From Minisyncoccota bacterium (GTDB lineage Bacteria; Patescibacteriota; Minisyncoccia; 2-02-FULL-40-12; GWA2-44-9), in contig DASPGX010000006.1 in the NCBI GenBank assembly GCA_035620375.1, forward strand, positions 6,156-70,155: DNA of 64,000 nucleotides, in the 5' to 3' direction. The position numbers and the translations under genes are program-made. Position 1 is the stretch's first letter. Each line of letters begins with the position of its first letter. This document shows positions 37,183 to 46,333 of the stretch, piece after piece. Under the pieces are notes generated by a model. It was not told where the DNA came from and ran no database searches. It was given only the letters and a program-made list of their open reading frames with translations.

Positions 37183-38730
37183 ATGGCAAGGCAAATGAAG
37201 GCCGGGCACAAGTTCGTCCTGATCCTGCTCGTCATGAGCGGCATCGGCGCGGCCGGGTGGTTCGGCTGGCCGTACCTGGAGAAGCTGGCTCCGCCCAGCA
37301 GGGGCGCCTCGGGCGGTTCGTCCGCCCCCGTCGCCATCCCGAACAACAGCAAGTACGACCTGGTGCGGGTCGCGGTGGTCACCTGGGGTGGCTACGCCGG
37401 CGGCCAGTACTTCAACCGCGGATTCAAGCCGAATCCGGACTCCCGGTACATCCAGGAGTACGGACTCCCGGTGGAGTTCGTGGTGATGGACGACTACCTG
37501 GCGTCGCGCGAGGCGTGGAAGGCCGGCGAGGTCCACCTGTTGTGGGCTACCGCCGACTCGTTCCCGACCGAGGCGTCCAGCATGGCGTCCTTCGAGCCCA
37601 CCATCGTCTTCCAGTCCGACTGGTCCCGCGGCGGCGACGTCATCGTCTCCCGCGAGGGCATCGGTTCCATGCGCGACCTGCGGGGCAAGCGGGTGTCGGT
37701 GGCGTTCGGTACGCCGTCGCACACGTTCCTGCTGCGCATGCTGGAGTCCGCGGGCATGAGCGTCCGCGACATCCAGATCGTGGAGGTCCCTTCGGCCATC
37801 GACTCCGCCGCGGCCTTCAAGGCCGGTCAGGTGGAGGCGGCGGTCGTCTGGTCCCCGGACGACGAGGACTGCGTCCAGTCCGTCCGCGGGTCCAAGCGCC
37901 TGGTCAGCACCAAGGAAGCGGCCTACATCATCGCGGACGTCTTCTACGGAAAGAAGGGCTGGGTGGAAAGCCACCAGGAAGAGCTCAAGGCGCTCGTCGA
38001 GGGATGGCTGCGCGGCGCGGCCGAGGTCAACACGAACCCGTCCGCCAAGGCGCAAGCCGTCCGCATCCTCGCCGAGGGCCTGAACCAGCCGGAGAGCTTC
38101 ACGGAGATCGCCATCAACAACGCGCGTCTGACGACGTACGGCGACAACGTGAACTTCTTCAACCTCAGCGGTAACGCCACCGGCGTGACCGGCGAGCGGC
38201 TGTACATGGAGACCGGAGCGCTCTACCAGGCCAACACGAACCTCGTGTCCGGCCGGCTGCCCAACTGGCGGCAGGTCACCGACACGAGCGCCCTGCGGGC
38301 GGTCAACCTGAACGGACCGGAGCACGCCGCCGAAGGGCAGTTCCAGTTCGCCAAGGCCACGCAGGCCCAGGCGTCCGCCGAGGCGTTCTCGTCCAAGGCG
38401 GTGTCGGTGAGCTTCCCGACGGGTTCGGCCACGCTGGACCCGAACGCGAGGACCATCATCGACCTGGGATTCGTTCCCACGGCCAAGGCGTTCGCCAGCG
38501 TGCGTATCCGCATCGAGGGCAACACGGACGTCACCGGCTCGTACGACACCAACAAGCGGCTGTCCGAAGCCCGCGCCCGCGCCGTCGCCGACTACCTCGC
38601 ACAGGAGTACGGCTTCGACCGGAACCGGTTCATCGTGGTCGGCAACGGCCCCGACAAGCCGGTGTGCCGCGACGATTCGGCGGACTGCTACGCCAGGAAC
38701 CGCCGGACCGACTTCGAGCTGCTGCAGTAG
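37183..38730 (+). CDS. Membrane-anchored SsuA/NMT1-like substrate-binding protein fused to C-terminal OmpA-like peptidoglycan-binding domain (515 aa)
   Basis: N-terminal signal anchor (KFVLILLVMSGIGAAGWFGW). Periplasmic-binding-protein region (VRVAVVTWGGYAGGQYF..., NitT/TauT SBP-like). C-terminal OmpA_C signature (IRIEGNTDVTGSYDTNKRLSEARARAVADYL...NRRTDFELL). Confidence 0.7.
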   Translation: MARQMKAGHKFVLILLVMSGIGAAGWFGWPYLEKLAPPSRGASGGSSAPVAIPNNSKYDLVRVAVVTWGGYAGGQYFNRGFKPNPDSRYIQEYGLPVEFVVMDDYLASREAWKAGEVHLLWATADSFPTEASSMASFEPTIVFQSDWSRGGDVIVSREGIGSMRDLRGKRVSVAFGTPSHTFLLRMLESAGMSVRDIQIVEVPSAIDSAAAFKAGQVEAAVVWSPDDEDCVQSVRGSKRLVSTKEAAYIIADVFYGKKGWVESHQEELKALVEGWLRGAAEVNTNPSAKAQAVRILAEGLNQPESFTEIAINNARLTTYGDNVNFFNLSGNATGVTGERLYMETGALYQANTNLVSGRLPNWRQVTDTSALRAVNLNGPEHAAEGQFQFAKATQAQASAEAFSSKAVSVSFPTGSATLDPNARTIIDLGFVPTAKAFASVRIRIEGNTDVTGSYDTNKRLSEARARAVADYLAQEYGFDRNRFIVVGNGPDKPVCRDDSADCYARNRRTDFELLQ

Positions 38731-38758
38731 ACACACCGTTCCCGGGGTGGGGCGCAAC
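38722..38758 (+). terminator. Rho-independent terminator/attenuator after the binding-protein gene
   Basis: GGGGTGGGGCG-caa-CGCCCCACCCC followed by TTTTCC. Confidence 0.6.
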
Positions 38759-38793
38759 GCCCCACCCCTTTTCCTTAATCAAGGAGAAGTCGC

Positions 38794-39588
38794 ATGAAGG
38801 GATTGTTCACGCTCCGCGGCGAGCTGACGAGGGTCCAGGAGATCGTGCTCGCCGCCGCCGGGACGGTGCTGCTGCTTGCGGGATGGTCCGCCGTGTCATC
38901 CACGGTCGGCCAGCCCAAGCTGCTTCCGTACCCGTCCGCGGTACTCGCCTCGTTCGCCGAGCTGCACTTCGAGGACGCGCTGGTACGCAACACCTTCGCG
39001 TCCATCAAGCTCAACGTGCTCGGCTACCTGGAGGCAATCGCCATCGCGCTGCCCCTGGGGTTCCTCATCGGCCTCGTGCCGTTGTTCCGGGGACTGTTCC
39101 ACCGGCACGTCGTCGCCCTGCGGTATCTGCCGCTGACGGCGGTCGTGGGGTTGTTCATCCTCTGGTTCGGCATCTACGGGACCATGAAGGTGCAGTTCCT
39201 CACGCTGGGCATCCTCGTCTACCTGCTTCCGGTGGTCGTGGACCGCATCGACGAGGTGCAGAGGGTCTACCTGGATACGGTCAAAACGCTGGGCGCAAGC
39301 GCCCTGCAGACCATCCGGACCGTGTACGTGCCCGACGTCTTGTCGCGCGTGTACGGGGACGTCGTGACGCTGGTGGCCATCAGCTGGACCTACATCATCA
39401 TCGCGGAAATCATCAACCTCGGTCAGGGCGGCATCGGCGCGCTGGTCTACCAGTCGGCGCGGCAGAGCCGGCCGGACAAGGTGTTCGCGGTCCTGGTGGT
39501 CATCATCGCCATCGGGTTCGTGCAGGATAAGGCGCTCAAGGGTCTGGGAAGGGTGCTCTTCCCGTACCGCTACGGCGCGGGGAGGTGA
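38794..39588 (+). CDS. ABC transporter permease, NitT/TauT (SsuC/TauC-like) family
   Basis: Six TM segments. Conserved cytoplasmic loop of binding-protein-dependent permeases. AAGGAGAAG RBS. Confidence 0.8.
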   Translation: MKGLFTLRGELTRVQEIVLAAAGTVLLLAGWSAVSSTVGQPKLLPYPSAVLASFAELHFEDALVRNTFASIKLNVLGYLEAIAIALPLGFLIGLVPLFRGLFHRHVVALRYLPLTAVVGLFILWFGIYGTMKVQFLTLGILVYLLPVVVDRIDEVQRVYLDTVKTLGASALQTIRTVYVPDVLSRVYGDVVTLVAISWTYIIIAEIINLGQGGIGALVYQSARQSRPDKVFAVLVVIIAIGFVQDKALKGLGRVLFPYRYGAGR

Positions 39589-40412
39589 CCGCCATGGAGA
39601 ACATCCGGTTCGTAAACCGCGAGGAGTTCACGGACGCCATCGAGCTCCGGGACGTCTCGCACACGTACGACGGCGGAACGACCTGGACCATCCGGGACTG
39701 CAACCTGCTCATCGAGAACGAGACCGGCAAGGGGGAGTTCGTGGTCCTGCTCGGCCTGTCCGGCTGCGGCAAGTCCACGCTTCTGCGGTTCATCGCAGGA
39801 CTGGCGAAGCCGACCAAGGGCCAGGTCCTCATCGGCGGCAAGCCGCGGACGGACCGGGACGTCATCAGCATGGTGTTCCAGCAGTACTCGTCCCTGCCGT
39901 GGTACACGGTCCTGGACAACGTGGCGCTTGCGCTCCGGTACCAGGGCGTGCCCCGGAAGGAGAAGTACGAACGGGCGCGTGAGATGATCCGGCGGGTCGG
40001 CCTGGCGGGACACGAGCACAAGTACTCCACCGAGCTGTCCGGCGGACAGCTCCAGCGGGTCGCCATCGCAAGGAGCCTGGTATCCAACCCGGGGATGGTC
40101 CTGATGGACGAGCCGTTCGGCGCCCTGGACGTGGTGACGCGGTACGAGATGCAGATGCTGGTCAACGATCTCTTCGAGAGTATCCAGCCGACCATCATCT
40201 TCATCACCCACGACATCCGCGAGGCCGTGTTCCTGGCCAACCGCATCTACGTCATGTCGCCGCGGCCGGGACGCATCACGCACAAGATTGACGTGGACCC
40301 GGTGCTGAGCTGGCACCGTGACAAGAGCACGCTGCGCGACCCCGCGTTCACCGACCTGGTGCATGAGGTGGACGCGGCGCTTGCCGCGACGGTCAACAAC
40401 GCGAAGTTCTGA
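39585..40412 (+). CDS. ABC transporter ATP-binding protein, NitT/TauT (SsuB/TauB-like) family
   Basis: Walker A GLSGCGKSTLLRFIAG, signature LSGGQLQRVAIARSL, Walker B LMDEPFGALD. 4-nt overlap with the permease. Terminator at 40420-40450. Confidence 0.85.
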   Translation: MTAMENIRFVNREEFTDAIELRDVSHTYDGGTTWTIRDCNLLIENETGKGEFVVLLGLSGCGKSTLLRFIAGLAKPTKGQVLIGGKPRTDRDVISMVFQQYSSLPWYTVLDNVALALRYQGVPRKEKYERAREMIRRVGLAGHEHKYSTELSGGQLQRVAIARSLVSNPGMVLMDEPFGALDVVTRYEMQMLVNDLFESIQPTIIFITHDIREAVFLANRIYVMSPRPGRITHKIDVDPVLSWHRDKSTLRDPAFTDLVHEVDAALAATVNNAKF

Positions 40413-40511
40413 ATCGCGAAGGCGGGACGCTCCGGCGCCCCGCCTTTTACTTTTGACGATTTTAATAAATTGTTGTATTCTATGCCATCTTTGACGTTGG
40501 AGGTGGTTCAC

Positions 40512-41153
40512 ATGGGTCAGGCCGAATGGGCCCGGAAGCAGTACAATAGCTGGGAAGCGTACGACGCGGACCTCAAAGAAGCCGGATGGGAGGTTCCTGA
40601 CGAGTTGTCCCGTGCCGTGGCGCCGTACCTGCGGAGGTATGACATTACCCTGGACGTCGGTTGCGGAACCGGGCTTCTGGGCGCCGGCCTCCGGTTCCAG
40701 GGGTATGCCGGCAGGCTCATCGGGCTGGATGCCGCCGAAGAGCGCCTTGCCGAAGCGCGGGCGCGGACATTCGCCGGCCGGACGGTGTACGACCTGACGA
40801 GGACGGGGGATGCCTATCGGCTCCCGTGGCATCCGCGTTCGTTCAACGCGGTCGTCTCTTCGGCGATGCTGGGCCTGACCGGTCCCCGCTCGCTGGTGCA
40901 GATGCTCCGCGTTCTGCGGAAAGACGGAATTCTCGGCATCGTACCGGCGCGCCTGCTGGGCAACCGGCAGCACGAGACGAGATATCGCAGGGTACTCGAT
41001 ACCCTGGAGACTTTTGTCGGTTCCCGGCTTCTGGAAGTTCTGGAACAGCGGAGTCTGGGCACCGGCTACCACGGACCGGACCGCGATGAGCGGTACGTGC
41101 TGTACATCTGCCGGCTGACCCGGCCGTACCGCACGGGGCGGCCATGGCGATAA
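40512..41153 (+). CDS. Class I SAM-dependent methyltransferase
   Basis: Motif I LDVGCGTGLLGAGL. GGAGGTGG RBS before ATG 40512. Confidence 0.7.
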   Translation: MGQAEWARKQYNSWEAYDADLKEAGWEVPDELSRAVAPYLRRYDITLDVGCGTGLLGAGLRFQGYAGRLIGLDAAEERLAEARARTFAGRTVYDLTRTGDAYRLPWHPRSFNAVVSSAMLGLTGPRSLVQMLRVLRKDGILGIVPARLLGNRQHETRYRRVLDTLETFVGSRLLEVLEQRSLGTGYHGPDRDERYVLYICRLTRPYRTGRPWR

Positions 41154-41887
41154 AAAACGCGGTTGTCGCGTTTGCACTGCTCACGGCAGCCGCGAACGCG
41201 GCGCCCGTGGACGGTCCGGAACGGCACGAGTTCGCATTCGCGCGGCTGGAGTACCGTGGCTGCAACAGCGGATGGGACTTCCAATTTCCGCCGTGGGCGA
41301 CGGACTATCCTAAGGCCGACGAGCAGTTCATTCTCGGTGTCCGCCGCCTGGCAAACCTGGACATCTATCCGCGGGCGCATGTCGTGCGCATCGGCGACGA
41401 ACTGCACCGGTATCCGTTCCTGTACGCGGTGGAGGTCGGCAACATGTGTCTGACGGACATCGAGGCCGCTCAGCTTGCCCGCGTATTGGACGGAAGGGGC
41501 GGATTCCTGATGGTGGACGACTTCTGGGGCGAGTTACAATGGGACCAATTCGCCGGACAGATGGCGAAGGTCCTGCCCGGCCGGCCCATCCGCGAACTGC
41601 CGATGAGCCACCCGGTATTCCGCTCGTTCTACGATGTGCGGGAGACCGTACAGATTCCGAACATCATACAGGCGCTTGCCGGCGGTTCCACTGCCGAGTG
41701 CGAGGGCTGCGAGCACCGCGTGTACGGCATAGAGGATGAGCGCGGCCGACTGGTGGTGCTCATCCTGCACAACACGGACCTCGGCGATGCCTGGGAATGG
41801 GCGGAAAATCCGTACTTCCCGCTGGCGATGTCCAACTACGCGTTCAAGATGGGCATCAACGCCATCGTCTACGCGATGACGCATTGA
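41144..41887 (+). CDS. Secreted protein, DUF4159-like (247 aa)
   Basis: Signal peptide. Motifs PFLYAVEVG, GGFLMVDDFWG, HPVFRSF resemble DUF4159 (glutamine-amidotransferase-like fold) as recalled. Terminator at 41888-41928. Confidence 0.5.
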   Translation: MAIKNAVVAFALLTAAANAAPVDGPERHEFAFARLEYRGCNSGWDFQFPPWATDYPKADEQFILGVRRLANLDIYPRAHVVRIGDELHRYPFLYAVEVGNMCLTDIEAAQLARVLDGRGGFLMVDDFWGELQWDQFAGQMAKVLPGRPIRELPMSHPVFRSFYDVRETVQIPNIIQALAGGSTAECEGCEHRVYGIEDERGRLVVLILHNTDLGDAWEWAENPYFPLAMSNYAFKMGINAIVYAMTH

Positions 41888-41945
41888 GGGGTTGGCCACA
41901 GCGGCAACCCCTCATTTTTTTTGCGGAGTGGTATACTTGAACCGT

Positions 41946-42275
41946 ATGAGTCACCGCGCCGTACTGGAGTACATCACCGCGGGCCGTGCATGCGGGCTGA
42001 CCGACCACGATATCGCCGTGCGTCTTGAGGGCGCGGGATGGACATCCGCGGACGTGCAGGACGCGTTCACCCTTGCGGCAAAGATGGACGACGTTCCCGC
42101 GAAGCCGGAGGAGAAGGCGTGGTGCCCTCCCGACAATGCGCGGAGCGCGCCGGTACCGACCGTCAAGGATAAAGTACTCGGTTCGCGTACACCCCGCACG
42201 AGCGCCGTCCGGTACGCCGCCTGGCTTTCCGTCGCCCTTGTCGCGTTTCTGTTCGGTTTTTCAATCATGCGCTGA
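41946..42275 (+). CDS. Tail-anchored small membrane protein (109 aa)
   Basis: ATG 41946 lies 7 nt after TATACT, so possibly leaderless. Single C-terminal TM (AAWLSVALVAFLFGF). Confidence 0.45.
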   Translation: MSHRAVLEYITAGRACGLTDHDIAVRLEGAGWTSADVQDAFTLAAKMDDVPAKPEEKAWCPPDNARSAPVPTVKDKVLGSRTPRTSAVRYAAWLSVALVAFLFGFSIMR

Positions 42276-43279
42276 TGCTTCCGCTGCGTGCTTTCGGTAT
42301 CGCCGGCTGTGCAGCCGCCCTCGCCGGGGCGGCTTTCATCGTCGGTCCACAGACGGCCTCGGAGACACATATCTTCAATGACCGTGCCCGGCCCGATCCG
42401 ATTATCATGCCGGAAACCGTCACGCTTCTCTTCGCCGGCGACATCATGCTCTCACGCTCGGTGGGGGACGTCATGGCGCGCAGCGGCGACTGGCTGCTGC
42501 CGTTCCGTGACATCGCGTCCGTGACCGCGGGGGCGGACGCGGCGTTCGCAAATCTGGAGACGACAATTTCGCTACGTGGTTCGCCCGCGGGATGCGGGTA
42601 CTGTTTCCGCGCTGACCCGCGCGCGGTGGACGGCCTGGTGTATGCGGGATTCGACGTCGTGTCGGTGGCGAACAACCACATCTTCGACTACGGTCCGGAG
42701 GCGTTTACCGACACGCTGGCGAATCTTGATGCGGCGGGTATCCGTTATGCCGGCGGGGGAGCGGATGCTCCGTCGGCGCGGGAGCCGGTTGTCCTGGAGC
42801 TGGGAAGGACGCGGGTCGCGTATCTGGCGTACACGAACCTGCTTCCCGCAGGTGCGGGTGCCGCGTATGGCAGGGCGGGAGCGAGCCTGTACGACGCGGA
42901 AACGATGGCGGGAGACATCGTGCGGGCACGGGGTCTTGCCGATATCGTCGTCGTTTCGTTCCATGCCGGCGAGGAGTACGAAACGGAACCGGGCGAGTGG
43001 CAGGAGCGCGTCTACCGCGAGGCGGTTGATGCGGGAGCCGACCTGGTCATCGGTCACCATCCCCATGTGGTGCAACCCGTTGTTGCGTACGGAGAGGGCT
43101 GGATCGCGTACTCGCTCGGAAACTTCGTCTTTGATCAGACGTTCTCGGAGGCGACCATGCGGGGACTGCTTCTGGAGGCGACTGTGCGCGGAAACGAGGT
43201 GCTGGACGTCCGCGAGATTTCCGTGGACATCTCCCGGCAATACCGGCCGTCCCTTGCGGATGACGGCGCCGGGCGATAG
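42275..43279 (+). CDS. CapA/PGA-cap family metallophosphoesterase-like protein
   Basis: Signal peptide. Metallophosphatase motifs GDIML, ANNH, GHHPH, and CapA-like overall order. ATGA overlap with the upstream gene. Confidence 0.7.
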   Translation: MLPLRAFGIAGCAAALAGAAFIVGPQTASETHIFNDRARPDPIIMPETVTLLFAGDIMLSRSVGDVMARSGDWLLPFRDIASVTAGADAAFANLETTISLRGSPAGCGYCFRADPRAVDGLVYAGFDVVSVANNHIFDYGPEAFTDTLANLDAAGIRYAGGGADAPSAREPVVLELGRTRVAYLAYTNLLPAGAGAAYGRAGASLYDAETMAGDIVRARGLADIVVVSFHAGEEYETEPGEWQERVYREAVDAGADLVIGHHPHVVQPVVAYGEGWIAYSLGNFVFDQTFSEATMRGLLLEATVRGNEVLDVREISVDISRQYRPSLADDGAGR

Positions 43280-43310
43280 GGTAGGGCATTCATTCACACC
43301 GGAGGTGGTC

Positions 43311-44282
43311 GTGAAGCAGGAACTTTCCGTCGTCACCATAGGCGGCGGCTCGGGACAGTCCACGCTCCTGGCGGCGCTCCGCCGCCTGCCGTATGTCCGG
43401 CCTGCCGCAATCGTTACGACGTTCGACAGCGGCGGCTCCAGCCGGGTCCTCAAAGACCAGTACGGCGTCCTGCCGTACGGGGACATTCAGCGGTGCGTGT
43501 TCGCGCTGTCGCCGTACGAGCATGTGCGGGACATTTTCAGCGCCCGCCTGGACATGCCCGAACTGGCTCCGCCCTACCATACGGGCGGGAACCTCCTGCT
43601 GTCCGCACTGGAGCAGGACTTCAGCCGGCACATGGATACTGCGCAGGCGCGCCGTCTGGCGGTACGCGCGTTGGAGCGGATGTTCGCGGCACAGGGACGG
43701 GTCATTCCCGCGTCCCTGGAGAATGCGAATCTGTGCGCGACGTTCGCCGGAGATTTCGCCGGTGACGAGCCGCGGGTGGATGAGCTTCTCCAGCGGGGGC
43801 GTTCCATCCGGGATATATTTCTGAGGCCCGAGGTACCGGCGAATCCGGACGCGCTTGCGGCGGTGAGTGCCGCTGATGTCATCATCGTCGCGCCGGGGAG
43901 CTTTTACACCAGCATACTCCCGCCGCTTCTTCCCGCAGGGATGCCCGGCGCAATTGCCGCTTCCGCCGCGCCCGTATTGTGGGTGATGAACCTGCTGACC
44001 GAGGGTGAGGAAATGGCGGTGTACCGGGGCCTGGATTTTGTCCGTACCCTTTCGCGCTACGCGGGCAGGGCGCCCCGGCATCTGCTGGTGAACAGCGAGG
44101 TTCATGAGCTGCCTGCACGGTATTTGGGCGCGGAGTGCAAACGCGTTCTGCGTCCCGAGCTGTTCGGGCGGACCGACGCATACCATGTGTTCAAGTATCC
44201 GCTCTGGACCGACCCGGCCACGCCCCGTCACGACACGGACGCCCTGGCATCGGCGTTGGGTCTCATTCTTCCGGCGTTGTGA
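43311..44282 (+). CDS. YvcK/UPF0052 (CofD-like) family protein
   Basis: GTG start after GGAGGTGG. N-terminal VVTIGGGSGQSTLL...TTFDSGGSSRVLKD motif typical of UPF0052/gluconeogenesis factor. Confidence 0.7.
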   Translation: MKQELSVVTIGGGSGQSTLLAALRRLPYVRPAAIVTTFDSGGSSRVLKDQYGVLPYGDIQRCVFALSPYEHVRDIFSARLDMPELAPPYHTGGNLLLSALEQDFSRHMDTAQARRLAVRALERMFAAQGRVIPASLENANLCATFAGDFAGDEPRVDELLQRGRSIRDIFLRPEVPANPDALAAVSAADVIIVAPGSFYTSILPPLLPAGMPGAIAASAAPVLWVMNLLTEGEEMAVYRGLDFVRTLSRYAGRAPRHLLVNSEVHELPARYLGAECKRVLRPELFGRTDAYHVFKYPLWTDPATPRHDTDALASALGLILPAL

Positions 44283-44361
44283 CCGGCAGCCCCCGCGAGC
44301 GCGGGGGCTTTGATTTTTATATATTTTGTGGCATAATGTGCCTTTCCAACGGAGGTGATGT

Positions 44362-45348
44362 TTGCGGACAGACGGTACGGAGTTTCCCAAGGGCCTCGTT
44401 CTTGCCAAACCAATCGGGCAGGAGTCCTACAAGGAATCGGTCCTGCATACGCTGGAACAGCAGGGTAACCTCATTATCCAGCAGAAGCACGACGGCTATA
44501 AACTCATCGCCATCAGGGGCGGTGACGGGCGGTTCCGCATCTGGACGGTGGGAGGCAGGCCGGTGCACGGCCGTCTGGGACATGTCATGAAGGTCCTGGA
44601 AAGCCGGCCCTTTCCCTGGGGTACGGTACTGGTCGGCGAAGGCCTGATGTTTGAGGAGGATGCTGAGCGCTACGAGTGGACCGCCAAGGTTTTCCAGGGC
44701 GGAGACGAAAGCGGACTCAGTGCGCAGAAAGAGCATGGCCGTGCGGTATTCCGTATTTTTCAGGCGTTCAATCTGGAGGATTTGAGCGCCGGAGTCGCGG
44801 GGAGGTCCTACGGCGAGACGCTCGCGTGGCTTTCCGAAACCGCCGGCCCGAGAAACCGCGCGGTAAGCGTGGTTCCATCGCTCAGCATGAAGCTGGATGA
44901 CGCCAAAACGGTTGTCGCCGCGCAGGGATGGGAGGGTCTCGTCCTCACCGATGCGCGGTATCGTCTGACCTGGCGCACCGACGGCGGCACGGAGCCCCGG
45001 CCCAAGGGCTGCTACAAATTCAAGCCGCTGACCGAAGATGATTTTGTCATCCTCCCTGACGGCCGTATCTGGCACAAGGACGGTCGCCTGAAAGAAGTCG
45101 TACTCTATCAGCGCGACCCCGGGACGGGAAAACTCTTCTCCTGCGGAAAGCTCGGAACGTTCTCACGGGAGGTTCGGGATAAGCTCTCGTCACCGTCACT
45201 TGCGCCGTCGGTCATGCAGGTGGCATTTGAGCGGCGTAATCCGGATACGGGCAAGCTCCGGTTCGCCCGGTTCATGCGGCTTCGGGACGACAAGCTCGCC
45301 GCGTCCTGCGTCGCGCCCGCGTCGTATCCGAAATCGGAGACGGTCTGA
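44362..45348 (+). CDS. ATP-dependent DNA ligase-like nucleotidyltransferase (compact, about 328 aa)
   Basis: Motif I KxDG (IIQQKHDGYKLIAI), followed by adenylation-domain motifs and an OB-like C-terminus. TTG start after GGAGGTG. Confidence 0.6.
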   Translation: MRTDGTEFPKGLVLAKPIGQESYKESVLHTLEQQGNLIIQQKHDGYKLIAIRGGDGRFRIWTVGGRPVHGRLGHVMKVLESRPFPWGTVLVGEGLMFEEDAERYEWTAKVFQGGDESGLSAQKEHGRAVFRIFQAFNLEDLSAGVAGRSYGETLAWLSETAGPRNRAVSVVPSLSMKLDDAKTVVAAQGWEGLVLTDARYRLTWRTDGGTEPRPKGCYKFKPLTEDDFVILPDGRIWHKDGRLKEVVLYQRDPGTGKLFSCGKLGTFSREVRDKLSSPSLAPSVMQVAFERRNPDTGKLRFARFMRLRDDKLAASCVAPASYPKSETV

Positions 45349-45433
45349 AGACGTCCCTCATCCGCTGCGGCGGGTGAGGGGCTTTTCGTATCAACAATGA
45401 CAGCCGGAACACGGATGCTACAATGGACGTATC

Positions 45434-45973
45434 ATGAAACGCACACTACTGGTCTCCGCGGTTCTGACGGGACTGTTGCTGGTGAGCACCGGAGTTTCTG
45501 CGCAGAGCCCGAGTCCCACGGCGACTCCCGGAACCCGGTTTCTCCGCGTCCGCAATGAATCGCGCCGCATCAGCGCGGAGCGCATCGCGCAGCACCTGCA
45601 GAATATCAGCGAACGGAGGCTGAACGCGTACGGACACCTTCTGGACCGGCTGTATGCCATCCTGGACCGCATCGTTGCGGCGGCCGACCGGCGCGCGGCC
45701 GGCGGTGCGGACGTATCGGAAGTGCAGGATGCGATTGCCAAAGCGCGGCGTGCGCTGGACGATGCCCGCGCGGCCATTCGGGATCTGGCGAGCAAGAAAT
45801 ATGTGTTCGCTGACGCGACGGACCTGACGATTGCCGACCTGCTCCGCGCGGCGCGGCATGAGCTGCAGGAGGACCTGGAGAACGTGGCGGCCAAGCTCCG
45901 CGCGGCGCATCAGGCGTTACGTGAAGCGGTGCGGGTACTGCATCAGACGCGGATTTCCGCCGACGAATCATGA
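45434..45973 (+). CDS. Secreted helical hypothetical protein (179 aa)
   Basis: Signal peptide MKRTLLVSAVLTGLLLVSTGVSAQ. Helical Arg/Ala-rich. Confidence 0.5.
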   Translation: MKRTLLVSAVLTGLLLVSTGVSAQSPSPTATPGTRFLRVRNESRRISAERIAQHLQNISERRLNAYGHLLDRLYAILDRIVAAADRRAAGGADVSEVQDAIAKARRALDDARAAIRDLASKKYVFADATDLTIADLLRAARHELQEDLENVAAKLRAAHQALREAVRVLHQTRISADES

Positions 45974-46233
45974 TGAAGGTCTCCGGTAAACCGCTGAACG
46001 CGCATTTCTGGATGGCGGTCGCCGCCATCGCGCTTGCCGGCGGACTCATTCTCGGCCAGGCCACCGGCATCAATGACGACATGAGCGAATACTCGGGAGT
46101 TCTGGGAACGGCGAATCTGTATGAATCGGAGCGCCTGGAGGTTAGGCGGCTGAACATGGACCTTCAGGACGCTGAACCGGAACCGCTGGAAGGCGAGTTC
46201 GACGAGGTGGACGGGGAGCTGGAAGCGCTTTAA
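45970..46233 (+). CDS. Small membrane hypothetical protein (87 aa)
   Basis: 4-nt overlap with the upstream gene. One TM (HFWMAVAAIALAGGLILG). Terminator follows at 46240-46275. Confidence 0.45.
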   Translation: MMKVSGKPLNAHFWMAVAAIALAGGLILGQATGINDDMSEYSGVLGTANLYESERLEVRRLNMDLQDAEPEPLEGEFDEVDGELEAL

Positions 46234-46333
46234 CGGCTGCACAGCGTGACAACCGCGCCCGGGCGCGGTCTTTACTTTTTCATAAAGTAATGTACAGTAG
46301 GCCGGTTCAGACCGTTCCCAAACGAGGTGAATA

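Noticed and set aside
37105-38757. 550-aa minus-strand ORF
   Set aside because: Antisense to the SBP-OmpA gene, whose domain signatures are unambiguous.
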